Part shown: positions 37,030 to 49,000 of the stretch, in pieces
Position numbering within the stretch: the first letter of the stretch is position 1
Layout of the letters: every line of letters starts with the position of its first letter
Assembly (NCBI GenBank): GCA_030704615.1
Contig: CM060732.1
Location: forward strand, 3,410,001-3,474,000
Source of the DNA: Takakia lepidozioides
Lineage: Eukaryota > Plantae > Bryophyta
DNA: 64,000 nt
Direction: 5' to 3'
Program-made: the position numbers and the translations under genes
The notes under the pieces: model-generated
Databases searched by the model: none
Seen by the model: the letters and a program-made list of their open reading frames with translations, nothing else
Told to the model about the DNA's origin: nothing

Positions 37030-40000
37030 CTAAGAAGGAAGGGTAGACAGTGAAAGTAAAACCCGATCCCCCTCCAAAGAGTCATTGCTAAGATCTTGGT
37101 CCAATTCAGGTTGGCCCCTGTCAGTGGAGGTTGCCTCAAAAATTCCTGCACAGTTTCCACCTCACAATCTGCATGTAGACTACCTCGCTCGGAAGGTTTC
37201 GGCACCCAACACTACAAGAAGGATGATACATTCATGTGCAGGTAAGAAATAGAACTGAAGGTGCTGTAGCAGGAAAACGAAACAATCTGCAGTTGTCACA
37301 AGCAACCGGAGGACTGAATAACATAGCATATCCTGTTTTCAGTTCTGGTGAAGCATGTCATTCGCTGCCAATAGAGTTTTCCATCCATAAAAATGACAAA
37401 ATACAGACGACAGTACTCATATAAAGTTGTTTGCCGTAGCCTTGTGGCCATTGACCCCGCCCAGTTTGAGCGGAACACAAAGCGACAGAAACTATCTTTG
37501 TCAGGGCCTGACGCCGAGAGTATGACTTACCTTGAAATAGGCAATTGATCCGTGTTTTCCAGATATCCTCTAGACAACAAGAGATAGGTCACCTATGCAT
37601 TTCAGTTTCAACACCAGACAATAATAACATGAAACAGATAAGACAACTTTCTAGACTAGAAGACTGGCATTGAAGTGCTGCCATGTCATAGGAGGGCCAG
37701 GAGGTGCAAGCAAAGCCTACCTAGTCCCAGCACAGACGTGCACAACATGAAACCGAGCAGTGAAAAGTCCATGCCATACAGCAACTCTAGACCAATAATG
37801 CCTGCTCCTGTTACCAGCAAATGCTTTGGAGATGACACCATGATGTGTAACCTTCCCAGATCCACCCACACATTACAGCACCTGAGTACCTAGTTACATC
37901 ATACTTGCTTCACCACTACAAAACGACACACACAATTTTCTGAGACATTATGGACAATCTGAAGCTACAAACAACAATGTGAAACCCTGATGCTTCGCCA
38001 ACATAGATACCAGTGAGCCAGCTAGCCCCAATTCCCAATTCTACAAACACATCTTCTTAGTGATAAGAGACAGCCACATCACCAAGGCCTGCCTACATCT
38101 TTCACCAACTTCTCCACCTCAGGAGGGCTTTGGGCACCTTCTGAGACAATTTCTCAACCCATTAAGGATTAAGACAGAAGTCCAATAGGTAGTATGTCCA
38201 GACGGAACCGTGACCTATGGCCACAAACTTAAGTCTAGTTACATCTGAAAAAAGACAGAACATCATATCTTTTTCTCTGTGCCGTACCTACTCTGAGACC
38301 TGGGTGAATACTTGTGTCTTTCCAGGTATTTCCCATCCTTGGCATAGGCTTTTGCTTTCTTTTTCATTGTGCTACTTTTACCATAGACTCTCTCGGCACA
38401 TAGTAAATTTCTCTCTCCTCCATTTCATCATTTCTTTCCATGCTGTGCACTGTGAATTCTTCTGCAACAACTCCTCTACAAAACTATTTCAAAGCTTGTC
38501 ACTGCACCTGTCAGAAGTTCAACACAGTACTGAAAGCATTGCTTCTTAAAGAAATTATTTACGTAAAAACCTTTCTTTGACTAATGTTTGCACAAAAGTA
38601 GCAGCAACATTATGCTATGCTAAAAGAGCTTTCTGCAGACAGTTCATAGGCCAAGACAATGTTATTTCCAATGGGAAGTAACATGACAGCCAACATTCAG
38701 CAGTGGTAAAGCGGATCCACTCACCTCTTCTCCCCTTCTATCCCCATCTTACCCCATCATCCCTGTTTGTTCCGCCCAAACTGGGGGCAGGGTCTACGGC
38801 CACAAGGCTACGGCAAACAGCGTCTTATGAGTACTTTATCTCTCTCTCTCTCTCTCTCTCAAAACCTTTGGCTGGATTGTATCCCCTTCTTTATCTGAGC
38901 TTTGAAGAGCTTGTTGAAATAACGCATTGGTGATCCTGTCTGCTCCTAGTGTGGAAGCTTCGTGCTTAGAGTAAGTGGTTGAGGTGATTGATGTTGCTCA
39001 ACGATCTGAGGGACTAGTAAGAGCAAGCTTTTTATCTGCAACGATCGCGATCATATGTATGGACTGCAGTTGCGTTTCGGACTTAGTTCCTAGGGACACT
39101 TAAGTTAGGGGTTAAATATCTTACCAGTCATTAAATATGCAGCAATCATATAAAATTGTTTTGAAAGCTTTGGTTCCCATAACTTTCCAGCAAAAAGGAT
39201 GACATATGCTGGTCTATTAATATGGTATGACGGAATCTGTAAACAGTGATACACTGTGGAGGGAACATTAAACAGGGTTAGTACTAACCCTATCTGTAAA
39301 ACACCCTAAGTTAAAGAAACGGCAGCAAAATCTGAGTTTAGCCATGTGGGGCTGTCAGGCAAGGTAAGCTCGATACCGATTTCTGCTTGAATGCTCTGCT
39401 GGCCGCAGATATGCGCAGCCATATCTTTATGAGCAGCCGAATACAAGGAGGGTTATGGAGTACAAAGGGCCACAAACAGGAAGTTGCATTCTGGTTTTTT
39501 CTTGCAGTTGCTTTCCATTGCGTAACTGGATGCTCGACATGTCTCAGGCAAATACTTCAAGCGCTGACTTGACGCTTTCTTCTCTTTCATCTTCCAAGTT
39601 ACATTGAGTAGCATGAGTGAAAGCAATAGCAAGCGTGGAAGCCTGCCACTCACCTCGCACAACCTCACTAATCCACATCGTATGTTTGTGGTTGTTTTTG
39701 GGACGGGTGCAGGTGAGGGCTCTCCACCTTTCATGAAGCTCTAATGGTCTATTAAGTAAGGAATTGCATGGTACTGAGGTATACATCAGATAAATACAGG
39801 GGCAGACACAGCTCTGGCTGCACTTACGAGAAGACAAAGGCTTCTCATTTCTAGGGAGGCAACTCTGGACAGCATGATCAGAATTGTTAAACTCTCTAGG
39901 GTCCATTTATCTTTCACAAGTAACCTACAGCTGAACAGATCAGCATTGGTTAGGACTTTATATCTACAGGGAATAGGTTTTTCCTTAACTGCAAAGGTTT

Positions 40001-43000
40001 TTCTGAACACTATATCTTTGCCTATCATTTCCTGGTTACAAACAAGGTGATCTGGTCTAAGGAGAATTGATCTTCCTGGATCCCCACCACCCGCCCCAAT
40101 CTCCTCTTCGGAAAGAACCTTAAAAAAAGGGGTTTTGGTACATCTTTCAAACACTCTTCTGCATTGCATTTTAAAATCTCCATGACAGGGTAATATTAAA
40201 TCTGTTTACATTGAGCAGTTCTGGTCTGCCTCAGATGAGAACAGAACTAAGAAATGTTAAGGTATCTAATTTTTCTGAATTAGTGATGAAGTGATGGTGC
40301 CACTGTTTAGTGGCTGATTTGTCAATTTTTTTTTTTGACTAAGACCTTAGTGGTCTTGTCCATGTCCCTGACAAGACATAGTATCTTCTATCTCTCTCCC
40401 TGTCACACACAGCAGATTGATGCTTGTGTGAAGGGATTTCTAGAGGATATCTGGAAAACCCGGATTAATTCTATATATGATGGTAAGTCACACTACCAAC
40501 GTCAGCCCCTGACAGAGGTAGGTTCTGTCCCTTTTGTTCCCGCTCAAACTGGGCGCGGGGTCAATGGCCACAAGGCTACGGCAAACAACGTCTTATGAGT
40601 ACAATCTCTCTCTCTCCCTGTCCTCTAGGAAGCCTATTGCCATTGGGTGGACTTGATACGGGAGTACATTAATGTCTCTGTGACTAAATGCCGGCCTTGT
40701 GACCTCGTGTCTTTGTTTGTTTCGACCTGAAGCGCTTTGCTCCAGGTAAGGTAGTGCATTGGATTTAGTTGGAAAGCTTGGGGCCTTTCCCTCTTTAGAA
40801 TATGCCTACACGGGCCATTCCCTGCAACTCCCTGGAGTGTGATCTCTGAATGGTAACAAGCGGACCCCTACCGCTTGGGGGCAGCCCCTCCGCCCAAATT
40901 GGGCAGTCGTATGCTCTGTCTAGCATACTCGGCACTTGGGCTCGGGTTGGTTCCTGTGCTTAAACTTATGGCCTGCGACAACATTCAAAATCTTAGCTCC
41001 TATCAACATCAACATTCCTCTGGGTGATTCCTGGGAATTGGTTACTTATGCCAAATCTAGGGCTTCATGTGTAGTTTTTGGGGTGAATCCCAGGATGGAC
41101 GATGTGTCCTTTAAAACTACATGCTCTAGCTTAGGCTTGGATTTCATGGCTAATGGTTCCATCTCGAAACTTGATAACAGGGGTACGTTGAAGGTTGCAA
41201 TGACCAAAAGTGCTTCTAATAGAGTCCCGCATCAATTCAATCTCAAAGAAGTTCGTCCCTTGACTGGCTGGAGAGCGGTCTTAGACATTGGTGATTCAAT
41301 GGGGCGCTCTAGGAAGACAACCAAGGGCAACAACTTCAACTTGAGAGTTTCTAATCGGTTTGATGCTCTGGATGAGGTTGAATCCAAACAGCCAGAAGGA
41401 CAAGCTGCCCCTAAGTGTACGGAACCTGAACGTCCTGTATCTGAAGGATCTGGTACTCTGAATGGTTTACCAATCCTCAAGGTTTACACAAGACGAGCAA
41501 ATTCTATACACGGGGTAATTGTCCCCAAGCCGTCAGATGGACAATCTGTCCCTAAGTGTGCAGAGCCTGAACGTCGTGTAACTGAAGGATTTGGTACTCT
41601 GAATGGTTTACCAAACCTCAAAGTCTACACAAGATGAGCAAAATCTATACATGGGGTAATTGTCCCCAAGCAGTCAGACGGACAATCTGTCCCTAAGGGT
41701 GCGGAGCCTGTACGTCGTGTAACTGAAGGATTTGGTACCCTGAATGGTTTACCAATTCTCAAAGTTTACACAAGATGAGCAAAATCTACACATGGGGTAA
41801 CTGTCCCCCGTTTGCAGAACGGTTGGCCGTCCAGGAGCAAGCACAAGCTACCTAGACGACAAACAATTCATATGCAAAGGGCTGGCTTGCGGCTGGGTAC
41901 TTTCAATTTCTCAGGGCTGACTAACCAAAGGAAACAACTCGAAGTGGCACAAGTTCTTCAGGCCAATAACATTCATATTTGTGCTGGTCAGGAGACATGG
42001 GAAACTCCGGATAAATTGGTTGGAGATGTCAATGGGTATAAGTGGACGGGTAAGATGTGTACTCTCAAGGCAGCCTCTGCCAAACGCGGCCAAAAAGGGG
42101 TTGGATTCTTTGTCCGCGATTTCTTGTTTGATAATTGTGAAATTATCAACAAGGGTTTGAGGTATGAGCATAGTATCTGGCTAAAACTGAATCTGAAGGG
42201 CGTGAATACGAAGGACCTCTTTGTGGGTTGTGTATACATGCCCACAGAGGGGACCCTTAGTGTTGACGCAGACAAAGCCTTCGAAGATGTAAAGCTGGAC
42301 TGTGCTTCGTTCCTTGCCAAAGGTCAGGTGGTTCTATTGGGTGACTTCAATGCCCGGGTGGGCAAAGGTCTCCATCAGGACGACATCATTGGGCCTTTTG
42401 GTGAGGACGAGCTGAATTCTAATGGCAGACGGTTAATTAACTGTCTGGAAGAGCTTCAGCTTTTGACCTTGAATAACAGGACAAGAGGTGACCAAGTGCA
42501 GTGGACTCGTGAGAAATCCCAAACTGGGGAACGTTCCATTGTGGACTATATCATAATGGACAAAAATTTGTTTCCCCAGTGTGCCAATGTGTTGATCGAC
42601 AGAACTGATATTGGTACCTCTGACCACTTCCTGGTTTGGACTGAGATCAAAAGGTGTTTTCCCAACACCAAGAGATCTGTGAAACGTTCGATTCGGAAGT
42701 GGCGCATAGAAAAATTCCATAATGAGGAGGTCAAGGCTGAGTATGTCCAGGCCTTGCAAGAGGCTCTCCCTCATTTTGCCCAATCGCTCCAAGAACTTCA
42801 GTCTCGCTCTGACAACGCAAGAAATGAAGACGAAAGAGCAGTGGACTCTTGGGAGAGTTTCGTTTCCTCTGTGGCTGACAAGATCATTGGAGGAAACTAA
42901 TTGTCTGCGGTAGAGCTGTTAATTGGTGGACAAATGAGATTAAACTCAAGATAGCTGAGAGACGAGCCCTCTATAAAGAGTGCTGCAATTTGAAAACCAA

Positions 43001-46000
43001 CAGAGAATTGTGGGCGAGGTACTACCAGCTCCGTAAAGATATCAATCAGCTTGTTAGGTGTCAGAAGAAATTATACTGGGACAAGTTATACAGTGAAATA
43101 AACTCAAACCACCATGGTGGTAATGACAAGAAATTCTGGTTGGCCCTTCAACGTTTGTACAAGCCGAAAAACGGTCAGCAAGTACAAGCGCTGAAGACTA
43201 CTAAAGGTGCAGTGGTGACTTCATCGGTTGACATTGTCAAAACCTTTGAAACTCACTACAGTATCCTTGGCAGAACTTCTAGGTCTAACAGTGAGGGGTC
43301 TTCTGCTGAATGGAGGGATACAGTTGGAAAAACTGTTCCTATGATTCAAAACAGCCCTGATGAACTGGAGTATATTTCAATGGCTTATAACGCTCCCATT
43401 AGTTCTTCTGAGATTGTGGAAGCAATTGAACATTTAAACAGATATAAAGCTGGTGGACCTGATGTCAACGAGCTTATCAAGCACAGTTGCGAGCCCATGA
43501 TAGAGGCCCTAGTTCTCCTCTTTAACCTTATCTGGAAGACTGAAATGATCCCCTTTCGCTGGCGACAGGGGGTCATTGTCAATCTATACAAGAAGGGTGA
43601 CAGAGAAGAACCGGGGAACTACCGTGCCATCACCCTCCTCAATGCTGTTGGCAAGACATTCTGCAGAGTTATAAGTTCTCGTCTCGAGGTTGATCTGGAG
43701 TCTAGAGGTTGTTTCCACGAAGGCCAGGTTGCACAATTCTCTGTCGTTTCTGGGCTTGTCCCGAATTTCGTGGTGGCCTTGGAGCAGGTCTCGTATGAGG
43801 AAGGTGGCTTTCGGCGAAACAGGGGCTGTTACACCTGCTTCGAGTGTGGGAGGATGGTCGGGTGAGGATCGTGCCTCACCCAACACAGCGTGCACGGTTA
43901 GTCTTCACTCTAAGCCAGATTATCCAGGGAAGGAAAAAAAGAAGGGAAACCCACTTATGTTTTTTTCCTAGATGTCAAAAAGGCTTATGACACAGTGTGG
44001 AGAGATGGCCTATGGTTCCGCCTCTGGTCTTGTGGGATCAAGGGAAAGATGTGGAGAGTTGTCTACAACTTGTATGCTCACACCAAAAGCTGTGTCACTG
44101 TTAACGGACAGAAGTCCAACTTCTTTGACATAGACCAAGGTGTAGCTCAAGGATGTACTCTCTCCCCTCTGCTCTTCAATGTTTTCATCAATCAACTCCT
44201 CGAGGATGTGGAAAGTGAGGGATTTGGGTTAAGGGTGGGTGATACCACCATACCAGCCCTTATGTGTGCGATGACTTCGCAGGCATAGGGAGACTCCAAC
44301 CAATCTCCAGGAGTTGATTGATTGCGCGAAGAGATACTTTGATCTTTGGGGGCTAGAGGCTAATGTCAGCAAATGTGCAGTGGTAGCATTCAACGACAGA
44401 GGAGAGGGAGGAAGTGATCTTAAGTGGCAGTGGGGTAGCCAAGAGATCCCGGTCCTCCCTTCCTACACTTACCTGGGCGTTGAGTTTTCCTCCAATTTCG
44501 GCTGCAACATATGTCCAACACCAGATATCCTAAGTTAATCGGCTCTATATCTTGGAAACAGGACCGCCCTGTCAAACAGGCTAAGTCCTGGCAGAAGAGA
44601 GCAGAAGAGATTCTCAAGGACCTGGACCTGGAACCGCAAGTCTTGACCCTGCTGGATAAATCTGACTTAGAGGCTGTAGTTTTCCAAAGCCATGTCTGTT
44701 GCTATAATTGTCTGATGAAAAGAAGTTAGGCAGAAAACTTCCCTGAACTTGTTTCCAGTCAGTAGACTCTTGGATGACCTCAAGGGTCTACCCACTCTCG
44801 GCACTAGGCTGAAATTTAAACTCAGGCAGAAGCCTACCTTTGAACAGCAAACAGAAGCAGAGAGGAAAGGGAGAGTGCAATTGCCCGTTTGTGGGGCAAC
44901 CTGAAGGCAGTATTCATTTCTGATACACTGTCCAGGGGTCTCTCACCAAAGACGCTCTCTTCAAATCTATCAAGGGATTGTGCCTGTACCTCTGTTTAAC
45001 CAACTTTGAAAGTCTCGGGCTGAGCCAAAGCCCAGGCCCTCTGAGGCCTAGTTTTTGGGCAAATCACACACAGCAGATTGATGCTTGTGTGAAGGGATTT
45101 CTCGAGGATATCTGGAAAACCCGGATTAATTCTATATTTAAATTCTAATATTGAAGGTAAGTCTTACTACCAACGTCAGCCCCTGACAGAGGTAGGTTCT
45201 GTCCCTTTTGTTTCCGCTCAAACTGGGCGCGGGGTCAATGGCCACAAGGCTACGGCAAACGTCTTATGAGTACAATCTCTCTCTGTGGAAGTGATCTTAA
45301 GTGGCAGTGGGGTAGCCAAGAGATTCCAGTCCTGTCTTCCTAGACATACCTGGGCGTTGAGTTCTCCTCCAACTGTAACTGGGATGCACATATCCAGAAA
45401 GTTGTTCGGCAAGGGCAAAGCGCTGAGTCTCACTAAATTTTTCACTGCAGAGGGAGTAACTCTGAGGTCAAGAAAACCTTACTTTGTCGCGTTATTAGAC
45501 CGGCCTTGGAGTAGGCATCTGCTACATGGGTTGATAACTCCAACCAGGCTAAGTCTCTAGAATCCATTCAAGTGGGGGTGCTTAAGGAGTGCATGTCAGC
45601 ATGCTCCAAAACAGCCAATGTGGCTGTTCGGGGTGAGTTTGGCATCCCTTAAGCTCCCGACGAGATGAATTCAAGGTCATATGGTGGGGTCAGTTGCAAC
45701 ACATGTCCAACACCAGATATCCTAAGTTAATCGACTCTATATCTTGGAAACAGGACAGCCCTGTCAAACAGGCTAAGTCCTGGCAGAAGAGAGTAGAAGA
45801 GATTCTCAAGGATCTGAATCTGGACCCGCAAGTCTTGACCCTGCTGGATAAATCTGACTTAGAGACTAGTGTCCAAAGCCATGTCTGTTACCAGAAAATT
45901 GTCTGATGAAAATGAAGTTAGGCAGAAAACTTCCCTGAACCTGTTTCCAGTCTGTGACATGGGGGAGGACATCATGGATGACCTCACTCTTGGCACCAGA

Positions 46001-49000
46001 CTGAAATTTAAACTCAGGGCAGGAAGCCTACCTTTGAACAGTAAACAGAAGCAGAGAGGAAAGGGAGGGTGCAATTGCCCGTTGTGTGGGCAACCCGAAG
46101 ACAATATTCACTGTCTGATTCACTGTCCGGGGTACTCTCACCAGAGAGACGCTCTCCTCCAATCTATCAAGAGAATTGTGCCTGTACCTATGTTTACCAA
46201 CTTTGAAAGTCTCGAGGCTGAGCCAAAAGCCCAGGCCCTTCTGGGGCCTAGTTACTGGGCAAACCACACACAGCAGATTGATGCTTGTGTGAAGGGATTT
46301 CTAGAGGATATCTGGAAAACCCGAATCAATGCTCTTTATCAAGGTAAGTCTTACTACCGACGTCAGCCCCTGACAGAGGTAGGTTCTGTCCCTTTGTGTT
46401 CCGCTCAAACTGGGCGCGGGGTCAATGGCCACAAGGCTACGGTAAACAACGTCTTACGAGTACATTCTCTCTGTGGAAGTAAATTAATGCATGGTTTTTT
46501 AGATGGAAATGCCACGAACTTGTCCATCAAACCTGCATTCATTAATATGAGTTACCAGTCACCTCCATAACTTGTGGAGTTAATTTAGTACCTAACTCTG
46601 GACCCCTGATAAAGTGTGGCACTCCTTACTCCCAACCACTAAATCAGGGAGGTAGGTAGGCAAATAGTCAGTGGTTATGTTCTAAGACCTGCTGATATGC
46701 ACTACATATCACTGAGGTATGCTACCTCATCATAAGCTCATCTCCAGAACCTATGTTGTACAAGTTATAAGCTCTATGATGAAGTTTATAGAAAACGGAA
46801 ATGTGGACTAGGTACTACCAGATCCGCAAAGATATCCATCAGCTTGTAAGGTCTCAGAAGAAATTATACTGGGACAAGTTATATAGTGAAATAACTCAAA
46901 CCACTATGGTGGTAATGACAAGATTCTGGTTAGCCCTTCAACGTCTGTACAAGCTGAAAAATTCTCAGCAAGTACAAGCGCTGAGGACTACTAAGGGTGC
47001 AGTGGTGACTTCCAACGGTTGACATCGTCAAAACCATTGAAACCCACTACAGTATCCTTGGCAGAAATTCTAGGTCTAACAGTGAGGGATCTTCTGAACA
47101 ATGGAAGGGCACAGTTGAAAAAACTGTTCCTATGATTCAAGACAGCCCTGATGAACTGGAGTATATTTCAAAGGGTTACAACGCTCCCTTCTGAGTTTAT
47201 GGAAGCAATTGAGCATTTAAACGGATATAAAGCTGGTGGACCTGATGGCATAGTCAACGAGCTTATCAAGCATGGTGGCGACCCTATGATAGAGGCCCTT
47301 GTACTTCTCTTTAACCTTATCTGGAGGACTGAAATGATCCCTTTTTGCTGGCGACGGGGGGCCATTGTCAACCTACACAAGAAAGGTGACAAAGAAGCGC
47401 CGGGGAACTATCGAGGCATCACGCTTCTCAATGCAGTTGGCAAAATATTTTGCAGAGTTATAAGTACTCGTCTCGAGGTTGATCTGGAATCTAGAGGTTG
47501 TTTCAAGGAAGGCCAAGCTGGCTTTCAAAGAAACAGGGGCTGTGTGGATCATATCTTCACTCTAAGCCAGATAATCCAGGGAAGGAGAAAAGAAGGGAAA
47601 CCCACCTTTGTCTTTTTCTTGGATGTCAAAAAGGCTTATGACAGTGTGGAGAGATGGTCTATGGCTCTGACTCTGGTCATCTGGGATCAAGGGGAGAGTG
47701 GTACACAACTTGTATGCTCGCACCAAAAGCTGTGTCACTGTTAATGGACAGAAGTCTAACTTCTTTGACATAGACCAAGGTGTAGCTCAAGGATGTACCC
47801 TCTCCCCTCTGCTCTTCAATGTTTTCATCAATCAACTCCTCGAGGATGTGGGAAGTGAGGGATTTGGGTTAAGGGTGGGTGATGCCACCATACCAGCCCT
47901 TATGTTTGCGGATGACTTCGCAGGCATGCGGGAGACTCCTTCCAATCTCCAGGAGTTGATTGATTGCGCGAAGAGATACTCTGACCTTTGGGGGCTAGAG
48001 GCTAACGTCAGTAACTGCGCAGTGGTGGCATTCAACGACCAAGGGGAGGGAGGAGGTGATCTCAAGTGGCAGTGGGGAAGCCAAGAGATTCCGGTCCTCC
48101 CTTCCTACACATACCTTGGCGTTGGTTTTTCCTCCAACTGTAATTGGGATGCACATACTCAAAAAGTCGTTCAATCTGGCAAGCGCAAAGCGCTGGGTCT
48201 CACTACATTTTTCCACTGCAGACGGGTCAACTCTGCAGTAAAAAAAACCATGCTTTGCCACGTCATTAGGCCTGCCTTGGAGTACGCATCTGCAGTATGG
48301 GTTGATAACTCCAACCAGGCTAAGTCTCTAGAATCCATTCAAGTGGAGGTGCTTAAGGAGTGCATGTCAGCATGCTCCAAAACAGCCAACGTGGCTGTTC
48401 GGGGTGAGTTTGGCATCCCTTCCTTAAGCTCCCGACGAGATGTCTGATGAGAATGACGTTAGGCAGAAAACTTCCCTGAACTTGTTTCCAGTCTGTGACA
48501 TGGGAGAGGCCATCATGGATGACCTCAAGGGTTTACCCACCCTCGGCACTAGACTGGAATTTAAACTCAGGGCGGGAAGTCTACCTTTGAACAGCAAACA
48601 CATGCAGAGAGGAAAGAGGGATTTCAATTGCCTGTTGTGTGGGCAACCTGAAGACGACATCCATTTTCTGATTCATTGCCCTGGGTACTCTCACGAGAGA
48701 GACACCCTCTTCAAATCCATCAAGGGAATTGTGCCTGAACCTCTGTTTACCAACTTTGAAGGTCTCGAGGCTGGGCCAAAAGCCCAGGCCCATTTGGGGC
48801 CTAGTTATTGGGCACAGCAGATTGATGCTTGTGTGAAGGGATTGCTAGAGGATATCTGGAAAACTCGGATTAATTGTCTGTTCCAAGATAAGTCATACTA
48901 CTGGCGTCAGCCCCTCACAAAGGTAGTTTCTGTCCCTTTGTGTTCCGCTCAAACTGAGCGCGGGGTCAATGGCCAGCTACGGCAAACAACGTCTTATGAG

